The notes beneath the pieces were generated by a model. The model was not told the origin of the DNA. It saw only the letters and a list, made by a program, of their open reading frames with translations, and did no database searches. A stretch of DNA of 64,000 nt. Origin: Sphyrna mokarran (taxonomy: Eukaryota). This document shows positions 20,516 through 33,449 of the stretch, one piece after another. Position 1 is the stretch's first letter. The number at the start of each line of letters is the position of its first letter. The position numbers and the translations under genes were made by a program. The stretch is taken from NCBI GenBank assembly GCA_024679065.1, contig JAGIQG010000009.1:81778001-81842000 (forward strand), given 5' to 3'.

Positions 20516-23500
20516 CACTGCAGTTCAGAAGAATGAGGGAGATCACAGAAAAACCTATAAAATTCCAACAGGATTAGTCAGGAGAGATATACGAAGCATC
20601 CAGTATGAAATATCATAGTCTGGGAATATGGGGTAAACCTTTTAGGACTGAGGTGAGGAGAAATTCCTTCACCCAGTGAGGGGTAAACCTGTGGAATTCA
20701 CTATCACAGAAAGCAGTTGAGGACAAAATATTGTACATTTTCAAGAAGGAGTTAGATGTATCTCTTGACATGAATAGGATGAAATAATTTGACGGGGAAG
20801 GCAGGAATTGACTACTGATTGGATGATCAGCCATGACCATGATGAATAGTGGAACAGGCTCAAAGGGCCAAATGGCCTATTCCTGTTCCTATTTCCTGTG
20901 ATTCTCTGCAGACCAGTATTTATCACCCATCCCTAATTGCCCTGGTGAAGATGGTGCTGAGGTGATGGAATAAGTTCTACTCCAATGAGTATCAGCCCAA
21001 CCTGCTCAACCTTTCCTCATAAGACAATCCCTTACTCGGTGGAATCAGCCCAGTGAACCATCTCTGAACTCTTTCCAATTCTACTATATCTTTCCTTAAG
21101 TACGGAGACCCTAAGTGTCCACAATATTCTCAGTGTGATTTTCCCAGTGTGCTGGTGCAAAACATCCCTCCTTTTATACTCATCCTCATTGGAATGAAGA
21201 GCAACATTCCATTTGTCTTCCTAATATTTTTCTGTTCCTGGATGCAAACACACCCAGATCACTCAATAGAATTTCACCAGTTTACTAGTATTCTGCTCTA
21301 TTCTCCTGCCAAAGTGGACAACCTCGTTTTCCCACATTATTCTCCATCTGTCGATGTTTCCCCACTCACTGAACCGATCTCTATCCCTTTTCAGACTCTG
21401 TATCCTCCTCACAACATGCATTTCTACTTTTCATTTTATCATCAGCAAGTTTAGTGACATTCCTCTCATTCCTTTCATCCAGCTCATTAATATAGATTGT
21501 AGAGTTAAACCCCAAACAACAACCATCTTCCTTTGTGCCGGGTACAACTCCAACCAGTGGAGAGTTTTCCCCTGATTCCCATTGGCTCCAGTCTTGTGAG
21601 GGCTCCTTGATGCCACACTTGCTGAAATGCTGCCTTGATGTTAAGGACAGTCTCTCTCACCTCACCTCTGGAGTTCAGCTCTTTTGTCCATGTTTGAAAC
21701 AAGACTGTAATGAGATCAGGAGCTGAGTGATCCTGGTGAACACAAACTGAGTGTCAGTGAGCAGATTATTGCTGAGTAAGTGCTGCTTGGTATCGCTCTG
21801 GATATGTTCAGATCACGTTGCTGATGATTGAGAGTAGACTGATGGGGTGGTTATTGTGTAGATTGGATTTGTCCTGTTTTTTGTGCAGAGTTCATAACCG
21901 GGTAGTTTGTTACAATGTTGTGTTGATGCCAGTGTTGTAGATGTACTGGAACAGCTTGGTTAGGGACACGGAAAGTTCTGGAGCACAAGTCTTCAGGGCC
22001 TCTGGAGGAGGTTGAGATGGATCATCCACTCAGAACTTCTGGCTGAAGATTCCGGCAAATGCTTCAGCCTTATCTTTTGCACTGATGTGCTGGGTTCCTC
22101 CATCATTGAGGGTGGAGATATTTGTGGTGCCTCCTCCTCCAGTGAGTTGTTTAATTGTCCACCATCATTCACGGCTGGATGTGGCAGGACTGCAGAGCTT
22201 AGATCTGATCCATTGGTTGTGGGATGGTTTAACTCTGTCTATCACTTGCTGCTTTGCTGATTGGCACACAGTCATAGCTTGTTGTAGCTTCACCAGGTTA
22301 ACACCTCATTTTTCAGTCTGTCTGTTGTTGCTCCTGGCATGTCCTCCTGCACTCTTCATTGAACTGAAAGCAGCAGAGAATCCACAGAAACAGACTGATG
22401 TTTGTCTGATGTGTCTGCGTGTTTATTAGATGTGACTGAGCAGATAGCAAGAGTTTCAGCAGCAACAAAGATGTTTCTCTAGTTCACCTCCCACTTTCCC
22501 CATCCATTTCCAAACTCTTCATGGGGAAAGGGCCAGCACCTGTCATATCCCCCCTCTAAACTACAGGCCTCCCATCTTTCAGATGAGACAATCTGATATC
22601 TGCCCTCTCAGGGGGTGTAAAAGATCCCATGGTACTATTGGAAGAAGAGCAGGGAAGTTCACCCCGGTGAACTGGTTAATATTCATCCCTCAATCAACAT
22701 CACCAGAAATTTGCTTATCTGTTCTTTCTCACTCTGCTCCCTGGGATCTTGCTGTGCACAATGAGCTGTAAAACACATTGGGACATTCTGAGGTGGTGTC
22801 AGGTGCTATAGAAATGTAATTCTGTCTGTGAGGTTGGAGATTCCGAATCCTGACTCTCTCCCATTGATAACATAAAAGCACCCTCCAGAGTTCATGGGGT
22901 CGTTCGGAGCAGTGACCCTGTCTGACCCCTGGACACTGAGACTAATTCTAGCCTCACCCTTGACCTCAGCCCAGTGCTGGACAGTAAGGTTTGAAATGAA
23001 ATCTCAAAGTTTCTACACCAGCCAATGGGAATCCTGTGTGCTGTGTTGATCCAAGTCTGCTCTAATGTTCTGGGATAAAGTTCTCCTGATCTGTGTGTGA
23101 TCTGAGGTTTCTTGATGCTCAACCTGTTTCCCCCAGACAGACTGAGCAATAGTTCCAGCTTCCTGATTGGTTAACAGTCTCTTAAAGGGACACTGTGTCT
23201 TTAAATACTCTCAAAATTAACCATTTCAGTGCTGAATTTGTAGTAATCTTCTTTACAGTTTCAGTAACATTGCAAAATGATTCAACCGGCTTCAAATCAA
23301 ACCTTTTCCCTCAGACACTGAACTAATTTAAAATCGAATGTGCCACTTTCCCTTGGATTCCATCAGCTTTTAATTTTGAAAAGCATGATCCATCCTCCAG
23401 TCCACCTACACTAACACCTGTACCCAGAGAGGATTGGAAAATAATGGTCAGAGTCTCTATTATTTCTTCCTGTTCTTCCCTTCACATCCTGGGATATATT

Positions 23501-24156
23501 TCACCCGGCCCTGGGAATTTCTCCATTTCAAATGGTGATAAACACATTAATACCTCCTCGCTCACCATCATTATCCCATTAATTATTTCACAATCCCTCC
23601 TCTCCTGAACCACAATGTCAACTTTGTCCTTCCACACACAAGTTACCTTTTTGCTCTCTAATCAGCCCTATTTAATCCTTAGTTATTCTCTTTGCAATGT
23701 CCCACACTATTGCTTGATGAACATATATGTCCTGAACTCTATCTCCAGCTCGAATATCCTCCCACTGCTCTGACACTGATTTACCTTCAAGTCACTGTTT
23801 CCTTTCCATTTTGACAAATTCCAATTTTGTGAAATTGACCTTTTCCCATTTAAAACGTTTACTCTTGATCGATCTTTCCCCTTTTCCGGAGCTACTCTAA
23901 ATCTATTATGGTCATTATTACCCAAATGCTCTCTCACTGATACACCTTCCACATGCTGAGTTTCATTCTCTAAAACTGCTAAAATTGACCCTTCTCTTGT
24001 TGGGATTGCTCCGTACTGGTTAAAAACGTTCCCCTGGAATGGATTTTCAGAATTCTGCAACATCAAATCATTGACACTGATTTGATCCCAGTTAATATTC
24101 GGGATGTTGAAAGGCTGAAAATGGCAGTGATTAAAATTCCTTCTCTTCTGTTCCAG

Positions 24157-24485
24157 CCCGTGAGAATTCACAACCCACGCTGACCCTGCTGCCCCCCTCC
24201 CCGGAGGAGGTCAAGACCAAGGGCACTGCCACCCTGGTGTGCCTTGCCGATCACTTCTATCCCGATGAGTTGGAGGTGAAGTGGAAGAAGGACGGTGCAG
24301 CCATTTCCAACGGGATTCAGACCAGCAACTACCTGCGAGCTTCAGACAACACCTACAGCGTCAGCAGCCTGCTGACCCTCTCTGGCTCCGACTGGGAGTC
24401 CAACGCTCGCTTCTCCTGTGCCCTCACCCACGTGAGCCTCTCCTCTCCCCTCAGCAAGAGCATCAGGAGTTCAGAATGTGCCTAG
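24157..24485 (+). CDS. IGKC: Ig kappa-type constant exon, cluster 1 (RENSQPTLTLLPPS...ATLVCLA..FYP...W...YSVSSLLTL...FSC..TH...SSECA*)
   Basis: Polypyrimidine tract and ttccAG acceptor at 24155-24156; C1-set motifs; penultimate Cys for the H-L disulfide; TAG stop. Confidence 0.96.
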
Positions 24486-24864
24486 AGTGTTAGAGACAGT
24501 CCACAGAGGAGACAGAACTTGGAATAGAACAGGGGTGAGCTGGGAGGATAAAGGTCATTGTCAGCATTGAATTACAATTCTCTTCCTTCCTGGGACTGGG
24601 TCTGAGACACTTCTGAGGGTCAGGGGTTAAAGAACATTGTTGGGATATTGTAGAGGGAGCTTTACTCTGTATTAACCCCGTGCTGTTCCTTTATTGGGAA
24701 TGCTGAAGACTGTCAGCTGTACAAAAATAATGTGACCCTCTGAAGTATCTGCTTCAGTAAACCAGACCTCCTTCCTGCTCACCCTGCAGTTACAATTGAA
24801 GATTTAGTCACTGTTTAAAGGGACAGGATTCTCATGTTAATGAGAAAATCTCCACAAGTGTTTT

Positions 24865-24965
24865 AATAAACCTCCATTCTCCCTGTGAATTTCTCCAGCT
24901 TCCTCTGGCTGGGCAGTTTATTCAAGTCTTTTTTCTGTCAATGTCAATGTGTAAAAGGTAATAAA
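24865..24965 (+). terminator. Candidate polyadenylation signals, cluster 1
   Basis: AATAAA at 24865-24870 and 24960-24965, both conserved in cluster 2. Confidence 0.7.
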
Positions 24966-25092
24966 CATTAAGAATATTCAGTATATGTCTGGTGAGTGCT
25001 TTGGAAATGTCCCACCTCCCCATCAGCTGATTGGCTGCATTTCACCAAGTGATTGTCCTGATTGGTTGCTTGGACTGTCAATCAATGACACA

Positions 25093-25410
25093 GTAAGCAG
25101 TCTGACACCAGGTTAAAGTCCAGCAGGTTTATTTCGTAGCACAAACCACTCGCTTTCAGAGCACTGACCCTTCATCAGGTGAGTGGGAATTCTGTTCACA
25201 AACAGGGCATATAAAGATATAAACATAATTTACAATTTTGTGTTTAAATGCCCTGTTTGTGAACAGAATTCCCACTCACCTGATGAAGGGTCAGTGCTCC
25301 GAAAGTGAGTGGTTTGTGCTACTAAAAATAAACCTGTTGGACTTTAACCAGGTGGTGTGAGATTTCTTACTGTGTTTACCCCAGTCCAACGCCGACACCT
25401 CCACATCATC
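25093..25410. mobile_element. Palindromic Penelope-terminus-derived insertion, 12-bp TSD atcaatgacaca
   Basis: ~120-bp inverted arms matching the 58178-58330 terminal repeat; TSD 25081-25092 and 25411-25422; one related arm at the paralogous position ~56540-56680. Confidence 0.85.
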
Positions 25411-25434
25411 ATCAATGACACATCAGCAGAAGAT

Positions 25435-25808
25435 TGTTTGTATCCCTCCATTCCCAGTCTGCTCATGTGACTATCCAGGTAAGTCTTAAACGATCCCAGC
25501 GTGTCCGCCTCTACCACCCTATTTGTTAGTGCATTCCAGGCCCCCACCACCCTCTGTGTAAAAAACATTCCTCTGATATCTGAGTTATATCTCGTTTCTC
25601 TCACCTTCAGCCTGTGACCCATCGCGATCGTCATCTCCAACCTTGGAAAATGCTTTCCACTGTTCACCTTATCTATACCCTTCATAATTTTGTACACATC
25701 AATTAGATCTCCCCTCATTCTCCATCTTTCCAGGGAGAACAACCCCAGTTTACCCAATCTCTCCTCATAGCTAAGACCCTCCATACCAGGCAACATCCTG
25801 GTGAACCT
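25435..25808 (-). mobile_element. CR1-type LINE 3' fragment
   Basis: [18 protein letters not shown]... within ORF 25344-26090. Confidence 0.85.
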
Positions 25809-26146
25809 CAAGGAGTAACTCTTGATGATGGACATTGAAGTCCTCACCCAGAGTACATTCTGTGTCCTTCCCACCCTCAGTGCTTCCTCCAAGTGATGTT
25901 CAACATGGAGGAGAACTGATTCATCAGCTGAAGGGGGGACAGTATGTGGTAACCAGAGGAGGTTTCCTTGTCTGTGTTTGTCATGGTACCGAGAGACTAC
26001 ATGGAGTCTGGAATGTTGTTGAGGATTCCCAGGATAACTTAGATTGTTCCTGTCGGTGTCAGTCTCCAAGATTCCTCCCACCCCCTCCACTGCTAGTGTT
26101 TTTATTTCTTTTGAGTCTGAAAGTTTAATGTTGTTCAGATAATTGT

Positions 26147-26229
26147 TCCCGTCTCAGTAACAAATATTCGGCTGCTTCTTTCACTTCCTCTGTTGGTTAC
26201 GTTTCAATCTTCCAATCTGATAGTCTTTG
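26147..26229 (-). promoter_or_regulatory. Inverted copy of the EICE element downstream of C1
   Basis: Reverse complement aligns with 10471-10563; TTTCACTTCC at 26179-26188. Confidence 0.5.
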
Positions 26230-26515
26230 GGAAAATATTTCAAAATATATATATAAGAAGCGGATGGGCTCGCTGCACTGACAATTCCAGGCTCGGATCT
26301 GTATTCCGCCCGGATCCGGCCCTTAAGCTCTGATTGGTAAAATCAGGCCCAGAGTGAACTCTTTACAACAACAGCTTAAACTTTCAGATTGCTGAATCCA
26401 TTCCCTCGAGCAGAATGCACCTTGTGTTTTTATTTCCAAAGAACCACAAATGGAACAACGTTGCCAGCAACATGAAGATTTTTATTCCCACACCATGGTC
26501 ATGGTTTAGAACCAA

Positions 26516-26835
26516 GTGGCACAGTGGTTAACACTGCTGTCTAACAGCTCCAAGGACCTGGGCTTGATTCCCAATTTGGATCACTGTGGAATTTGCACAT
26601 TCTCCCCGTGTCTGCATGGATTTTCTTTGGGTACTCTGGTTTCCTCCCACAATCAAAGATGTGTGGGTTAGGTTCATTGGCCATGATAAATTGCCCCTTC
26701 GTGTCCCGGGATGTGAAGGTTAGAGAGATTAGTGAGGTAAATGTGTGGGGTCGCAGAAATAGGACGTGGGATGGGATTGTTGATGGTGTAGATTTGATGG
26801 GCCAAATGGACTCCTTCTGCACATTAGGGATTCTG
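26516..26835 (+). mobile_element. tRNA-derived V-SINE (HE1-like); paralog at 266-575
   Basis: A box gtggcacagtgg, B-box-like, central tgtggaatttgcacattctccccgtgtctgc domain. Confidence 0.85.
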
Positions 26836-27545
26836 TGGAAAATGATTTAACCCCTTCAGAACCACTGTTATTTTCTACTTGGGGACAGGAGATCTGATAT
26901 GGACACACAGATCAATAAGAATCTGACCTTTCAGCAAGTGACCTTTGAGATGCAAAGATGTTATCTACGATAAAGAATATGTGTTAATAAACATGTGGGA
27001 CTTTCGATCTGGATACAAAGCTACACACATCAGGAAGAGGGAGTTTCAATTTTGATAGTGGAAATTATAATTCTGACAAAGTTTAAAGGTTCAGGTTTGG
27101 GTCCTGAAAATGTTCTCAACAGGAAATATTTATTATAGAAGGTTTGACAACAATTGACACAAATCCAAATGCTGAAAGCTTCTGTGCCGAAAGAAGAGTT
27201 TAAAATGTGTTTCTCTTCCCAAAATGTAAACCCAAAAGTTTAATGGATGCAATTTGTAGTAGGTTAAAGAAGGCAGCTCAACAATAAAACTATTCGTATC
27301 TGGAATCATTTTAAAATCACCAGCAACAATCTCCAGAGTTACTTTTGAGAGAATAGAATGTTGTTTGAGGTGTTCAGACCCACACAGATGTTAAATGTGA
27401 AAGGATCTCAAAGCTCAGAATGGGAACATGGAACACTGGTTCTTAGTGCTGTAGATTTTCACTTTAGTATCCTGTGAGAAAAGTGTGTGAACCAGGGAGA
27501 AATAGTCCAGTCTTTGTGTGAACAATTAATACAGAATATTCATTC

Positions 27546-28276
27546 ATAGAACATAGAACATAGAACACTACAGCACAAACAGGCCCTTCGGCCCATAAGT
27601 TGTGCCGATCATATCTATACTTACCAGGCCATAGAACTATCTGTAACTCCCAATCCCATTAAATCCCATGTACTCATCCAGAAGTCTCTTAAAAGACCCC
27701 AGCGAGTTCGCCTCTACCACCACTGACAGCAACCGATTCCATTCACTCACCACCCTCTGAGTGAAAAACTTACCTCTAACATCTCCTCTGTACTTGCCCC
27801 CCAGCACCTTAAACCTGTGTCCTCTCGTAGCAACCATTTCAGCCCTGGGAAATAGCTTCCGAGAATCCACTCTATCTATTCCTCTCAACATCTTATAAAC
27901 CTCTATCAGGTCGCCTCTCAACCTTCGTCTCTCCAGGGAGAAGAGACCTAGCTCTCTCAACCTATCTTCATAAGGCATGCCCCCCAATCCAGGCAACATC
28001 ATTGTAAATCTCCTCTGCACCCTCTCAATAGCTTCCACATCCTTCCTATAGTGAGGCGACCAGAACTGCGCACAATACTCCAAGTGGGGTCTGACAAGGA
28101 TCTTATAAAGTTGCAGCATTACCTCCCAACTCCTAAACTCAATTCCTCTATTAATGAAGGCCAGTACACCATATGCCTTCTTGACCACATCCTCCACTTA
28201 CAGGGCAGATTTAACAGACCTATGGGCCCAGACCCCAAGATCCTTCTGCTCCTCAACACTGCCAAGACTCCTACCC
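27546..28276 (-). mobile_element. CR1-type LINE 3' part, interrupted; remainder at ~32350-32508
   Basis: ORF 27637-28197 is the RT C-terminus ([17 protein letters not shown]); (catagaa)n tail at 27546. Confidence 0.92.
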
Positions 28277-31200
28277 ATCATAAGGAGGCTTACCGGTAGT
28301 TGTAGTTTTTCTCTCTGACCCTATAAATTGGTACAAAGAGGAAACCCGATACTCTACACAGGTAGAGTATCCCGCCCTCCCCCCTCCTCTAACCTAATAA
28401 TAAAAGTGAGTGGGAAGATATTTTTTTCTCTCTCCTGGAAATTGAAGTATCAGAGATGGCAGTACAGGCAGTAGATTGCGCCTCCTGCGGTATGTACGAG
28501 GTGAGGGACACCAGTAGTGTTCCTGCTGATTATACCTGCAGGAAGTGTGCCCATTTGCAGCTCCTTGAGGATCGTGTTAAGGAGCTGGACTGGAATTAGA
28601 GGAACTCCGGATAATTCGGGAGATTGAGGCGGATATTGACAGGAGTTACAAAGAGATAGTCACTCCTAAAAGAGATTCTTGGGTAACTATTAGGAAGAGG
28701 GGTAAGAAGCAATCGGGGAGACAATCCCCCAGGGCTGTTCCCCTCCAAAATAAGTTTGCTGTCCTGGAGGCTACAGTTGAGGAAGAATCAACTGGAGATA
28801 GCCAAAGGGAGCAGATCTCTGGGGGTGAGCCTGCTGTGAATGCTCAGGTGGGTAGGAGAAATAAGAGATTGGGCCTGGTAATTGGAGACTCCATAGTTAG
28901 GGGGACAGTTGGAGAGTAAATAGTAATGAACGGGACTCAGGGCTGGTGTGTTGCCTCCCAGGGGCCGGGCTCCGGGACGTCTCAGAGTGGGTGTTCAAGA
29001 TTCTTAAGGGAGAGGGGAGTCAGCCCCAAGTCATAGTTCATGTAGGGACACATAATGTAGGTAGGACAAGGGAAGGGGATATTAAACAGAAATTTATGGA
29101 GTTGGGGTGGAAACTTAGGGCCAAAACAAACAGAGTGGTTATCTCTGGACTCTTGCCGGTGCCACGGGATAGTTTAGAGAAGAACAGAGAGAGGGAATGT
29201 TTCAACTCGTGGCTACAGGGATGGTGCAGGAGGGAGGGGTTCAGGTTCTTGAACAATTGGGGCTCATTCTCGGGTAGGTGGGACCTCTATAAGAGAGATG
29301 GTCTACACCTGAACCACAGGGGAACCAATATCTTGGGGGGAAATTTGTAAAGGCTATGCAGGGGGGTTTAAACTGATTCAGAGGGGCGGTGGGATCTTGA
29401 GTAGCTTGGATGTTAGGAGGGACGAGAATAGGGGGGTCATAGACGATGACTGTGAAGCACAGCAGCGTATGGGTGAAGTAGAGCATAGTTTGAAATGCAT
29501 ATACTTTAATGCAAGGAGTATTCGCAATAAGGTGGAGGAACTTGCAGTTTGGATCAGTACCTGGAACTTCGATGTTGTGGCCATTTCAGAGAATGGAAAG
29601 AGCAGGGACAGGAGTGGTTGTTGCAGGTTCCGGGGTTCAAATGCTTCAGTCGGAGTAGAGAAGGAGGTAGAAGGGGCGGAGGAGTGGCATTATTAGTCAA
29701 AGACTGTATCACAGTGACAGAAAGGAAGTTTGATGAGGACTTGTCTGTTGAGGTAGTATGGGCTGAGATTAGAAACAGGAGAGGAGAGGTCACCCTGTTG
29801 GGAGTCTTTTATAGACCTCCTAAAAGTTCTAGAGAGGTAGAGGAAAGGACTGCAAAGTCGATCCTGGACAGGAGTGAAAGTAATAGGGTAATTGTTATGG
29901 GGGACTTTAACTTTACTAATATTGATTGGAATAGCTATAGCTCTAGCTTGTTAGAGGGGTCAGTTTTTATACAAAGTGTGCAGGAAGGTTTTTTGACTCA
30001 GTATGTAGATAGGCCAACTAGAGGTGAGGCTACATTGGATTTGGTGCTGGGCAATGAGCCAGACCAGGTGTTAGACTTGGAAGTTGGTGAACATTTTGGT
30101 GATAGTAACCACAATTCGGTTACGTTCACCTTAATGATGAATAGGAATAGGCATGAAGCTGGGGGCAGTAGTTATAGCTGGAGGAATGGTAATTATGAGG
30201 CTATTAGGAGAGAATTAGGGTGCATAGGTTGGAGTAGGAAACTACAGGGACTGGGAATATCTGAAATGTGGAGCTTATACAAGGAGCAGCTACTGCGAGT
30301 CCTTGATAAGTATGTCCCTGTCAGGCAGGGAGGAAATGGTCGAGTAAGGGAACCATGGTGTACTAAAAAAGTTAATTTGCTGGTTAAAAGGAAAAAGGAG
30401 GCTTATGTCAGGATGAGGCTTGAAGGCTCAGTTAGTGCACTGGAAAGCTATAGATTAGCCAGGAGGGAGCTAAAGAGTGAGTTGAGAAGAGCTAAAAGAG
30501 GACACAAGAAGACTTTGGCTGATAGGATCAAGGAGAATCCTAAAGCTTTCTTTAGATATGTTAAGAATAGAAGATTGGTTAGGGCAAGATTAAGGCCAGT
30601 CAGAGACAGCAGTGGGAAGTTGTGCGTGGAGCCTGAAGAGATTGGAGAGGCACTGAACAAATATTTCTCTTCGGTATTCACGCAGGGAGATATAAATGTA
30701 GTTGTGGAGAACACTGGGATACAGGGTTGTAAACTGGAAAGTATTGAAGTAGATAAGGAGGATGTGCTAGATATTCTTGAGGGTTTGAAGTTAGATAAGT
30801 CCCCTGGGCCGGACGGGATTTACCCTAGGATTCTCTGGGAGGCGAGAGAGGCGATTGCAGAGCCTCTGGCTCTGATCTTCAGGTCGTCGTTGGTTACAGG
30901 TATAGTGCCGGAAGACTGGAGGATAGCGAATGTGGTCCCATTGTTCAAGAAGGGGAAGAGAGACTTTCCTGGGAATTATAGGCCGGTGAGTCTTACTTCT
31001 GTTGTGGGCAAAGTATTGGAGAGAATTATTAGGGATAGGATTTATAGTTATTTAGAGAGAAATGAATTGATTGGGGATAGTCAGCATGGTTTTGTGAAGG
31101 GTAGGTCGTGCCTTACTAACCTTATTGAGTTTTTTGAAAAAGTGACCAAAGAGGTGGATGGGGGTAAGGCAGTTGATGTGGTATATATGGACTTTAGTAA

Positions 31201-32349
31201 GGCGTTCGATAAGGTGGCACATGGAAGGCTTCTGCAGAAAATGCAGATGTATGGGATTGAGGGTGATTTAGCTAATTGGATTAGGAATTGGCTAGCTGAT
31301 AGAAGACAGAGGGTGGTGGTTGATGGAAATTATTCATCATGGAGTTCGGTTACAAGTGGTGCACTTCAGGGATCTGTTTTGGGGCCCCTGCTGTTTGTAA
31401 TTTTTATGAATGATCTGGATGAGGGTATTGAAAGATGGATTAGTAAATTTGCGGATGACACCAAAGTCGGAGGAGTGGTAGATACTGAATAGGGGTGTTA
31501 TAGTTTGCAGAGAGACTTGGACAAGTTGCAGAGCTGGGCCAAAAGGTGGCAAATGGAGTTAAATGCAGATAAGTGTGAGGTAATTCACTTTGGCAGGAAT
31601 ACCAAATGTGTAGAGTATAGGGCTAATGGTAGAACTCTTAATAGTGTTGATGAACAGAGGATCTTGGTTTATATGTGCATAGATCCCTGAAAGTTGGCAA
31701 TCAAGTCGATAAGGTTATTAAGAAGGCATACGGAGTCTTAGCTTTTATTGGTAGGGGAATTGAATTTTGGAGCCGCAACATCATGTTGCAACTGTACAAA
31801 ACTCTGGTGCGGCCGCACTTGGAGTATTGTGTACAGTTCTGGTCGCCACATTATAAGAAAAATGTGAAGACATTGGAGAGGGTGCAAAGGAGGTTTACCA
31901 GGATGTTGCCTGGTACGGAGAGCAGGTCTTATGAAGAGAGGCTGAGGGATTTGAGGTTGTTTTCATTAGAAAGAAGGCGGCTAAGAGGAGACCTTATTGA
32001 AACATATAAGATGATTAGAGGTATAGATAGGGTAGACAGTGATAGCCTTTATCCTAGGATGGAGAAAGCTAGCACGAGGGGACATAGCTTTAAATTAAGG
32101 GGTGGTAGTTATAGGACGGATGTCAGAGGTAGGTTCTTTACCCAAAGGGTGGTAAGGGTATGGAATGCCCTGCCTGCTGCAGTTGTAGATGCGCCAAGTT
32201 TGGGGGCATTTAAGTGGTCAGTAGATAGGTTTATGGATGAAAAGGGAATGGTTTAGGTTAGAGGGTCATTGCTTTTTCTAAATTGGTCGGCGCAACATCG
32301 AAGGCCAAAGGGCCTGTTCTGCGCTGTAATGTTCTATGTTCTATGTTCT
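28277..32349 (+). mobile_element. Near full-length CR1-type LINE, decayed (ORF1 zinc finger/coiled coil + SGNH esterase; ORF2 APE endonuclease + RT), nested in an older antisense CR1
   Basis: ORF1 from ATG 28456 (CASC...CRKC; VIGDS; VHVGT; DGLHLN); ORF2 [30 protein letters not shown]; frameshifts and a stop at 31490-31492; (TTCTATG)n tail; ctaccc at both ends. Confidence 0.95.
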
Positions 32350-33449
32350 ACCCTTGATATTATACTGCTTCATTCCATTGGTCCTGCCAAAATAGACCAC
32401 CACACATTTATCAGCGTTGAAGTCCATCTGCCACTTCTCCACCCAGTCTTGCATCCTATCTATGTCTCGCTGCAACTTCAGACATCCCTCCAGACTATCC
32501 ACAACATGTAAAAAGAAAACAAAACACACAAACTCTATAATACACGACAATGCATTTAACTATATGCATGAACTCAGGGCTAGACACACACACTAATACA
32601 TGAAGCTCCCCCTTTCTTCTCAATCACCTCTGTTCCCTGAACATTGAGATTTCCCTTTGTTCCAAAACAACATCCAATATTATGTAACTCTAAGCTAAAT
32701 CCAGTGAATAATTATCACACACAGGTTATATGGCAGCATTCGGGATCCCTGACTCCTTTACAGTGACAAACTCTCATCGTGTGGGTCGGACCCTCACTGG
32801 TTATGTATTCAGTCCAAGGTGGGACAGAATGTTAAACATCGACACGAGCCCAGACCGAATGTCTCGGGTTGCAGTGGAGAGAAGCCTGACCACAACCAGA
32901 AAGTTTCTGGAACAAAGCAATGGAACAATCCCAAGGGGAAGGGGGCAGGTGAACCTGGACAGAGGAAAGACCAGGAAAGTGGAAGATTCAGTGAGAAATC
33001 GAGGGGAGATGGTGAGAATGCAGAATAAATGGAGGGAAGTAGGGAGGGTGACAGCAGCTGGTGAAACTGTTGGAGTTGAATAGTTAGTGTGTGTATTTGA
33101 TGTTATCAGAGACTGTTGCTATCCAAAGTGGTAGAGATGCTGATTGTAATAAGTGGAGGAGACTGGATTTGGAAATAACTCACTAAAGGCTTTATTGATG
33201 AGAAGAAGTATTTCCAATGAAGGGTTTAACAACACAAGCAGAAAAGTCTATTACCAACAACATCCTGACTCCAACTGAAGCCTCCAGTCCCAGGAATGAT
33301 CACCCTCACTCCCGATTGGCCCAGGTTCACATCCTCACAGTCCATTGGCTCCGGTCTGGTCATGTGGTCTGTGAAGGATTGCCCCTTAAAGGGGCCAGGC
33401 TCACACACTCCTTCCCCTGGAACATCTTGGACTCCCTGTGATCAAACAA

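Larger units (their letters stand above)
266..26515 (+). repeat. Segmental duplication unit 1 (contains cluster 1)
   Basis: Collinear with unit 2: e.g. 266-1140 vs 26524-27400, 1317-1670 vs 32730-33083, 10300-11680 vs 39710-41110, V/J/C and 3' flank. Confidence 0.9.

Noticed and set aside
25344-26090. 248-aa ORF as a host gene
   Set aside because: Chance fusion of two LINE fragments and a Penelope-derived arm
26561-26588. CACTGTG downstream of C1 as a dedicated kappa-deleting element
   Set aside because: Part of a SINE body, with no credible nonamer at a 23-nt spacing
29549-31492. Active autonomous LINE
   Set aside because: Frameshifts in ORF1 and at both ends of ORF2, plus a premature stop just after the FADD motif
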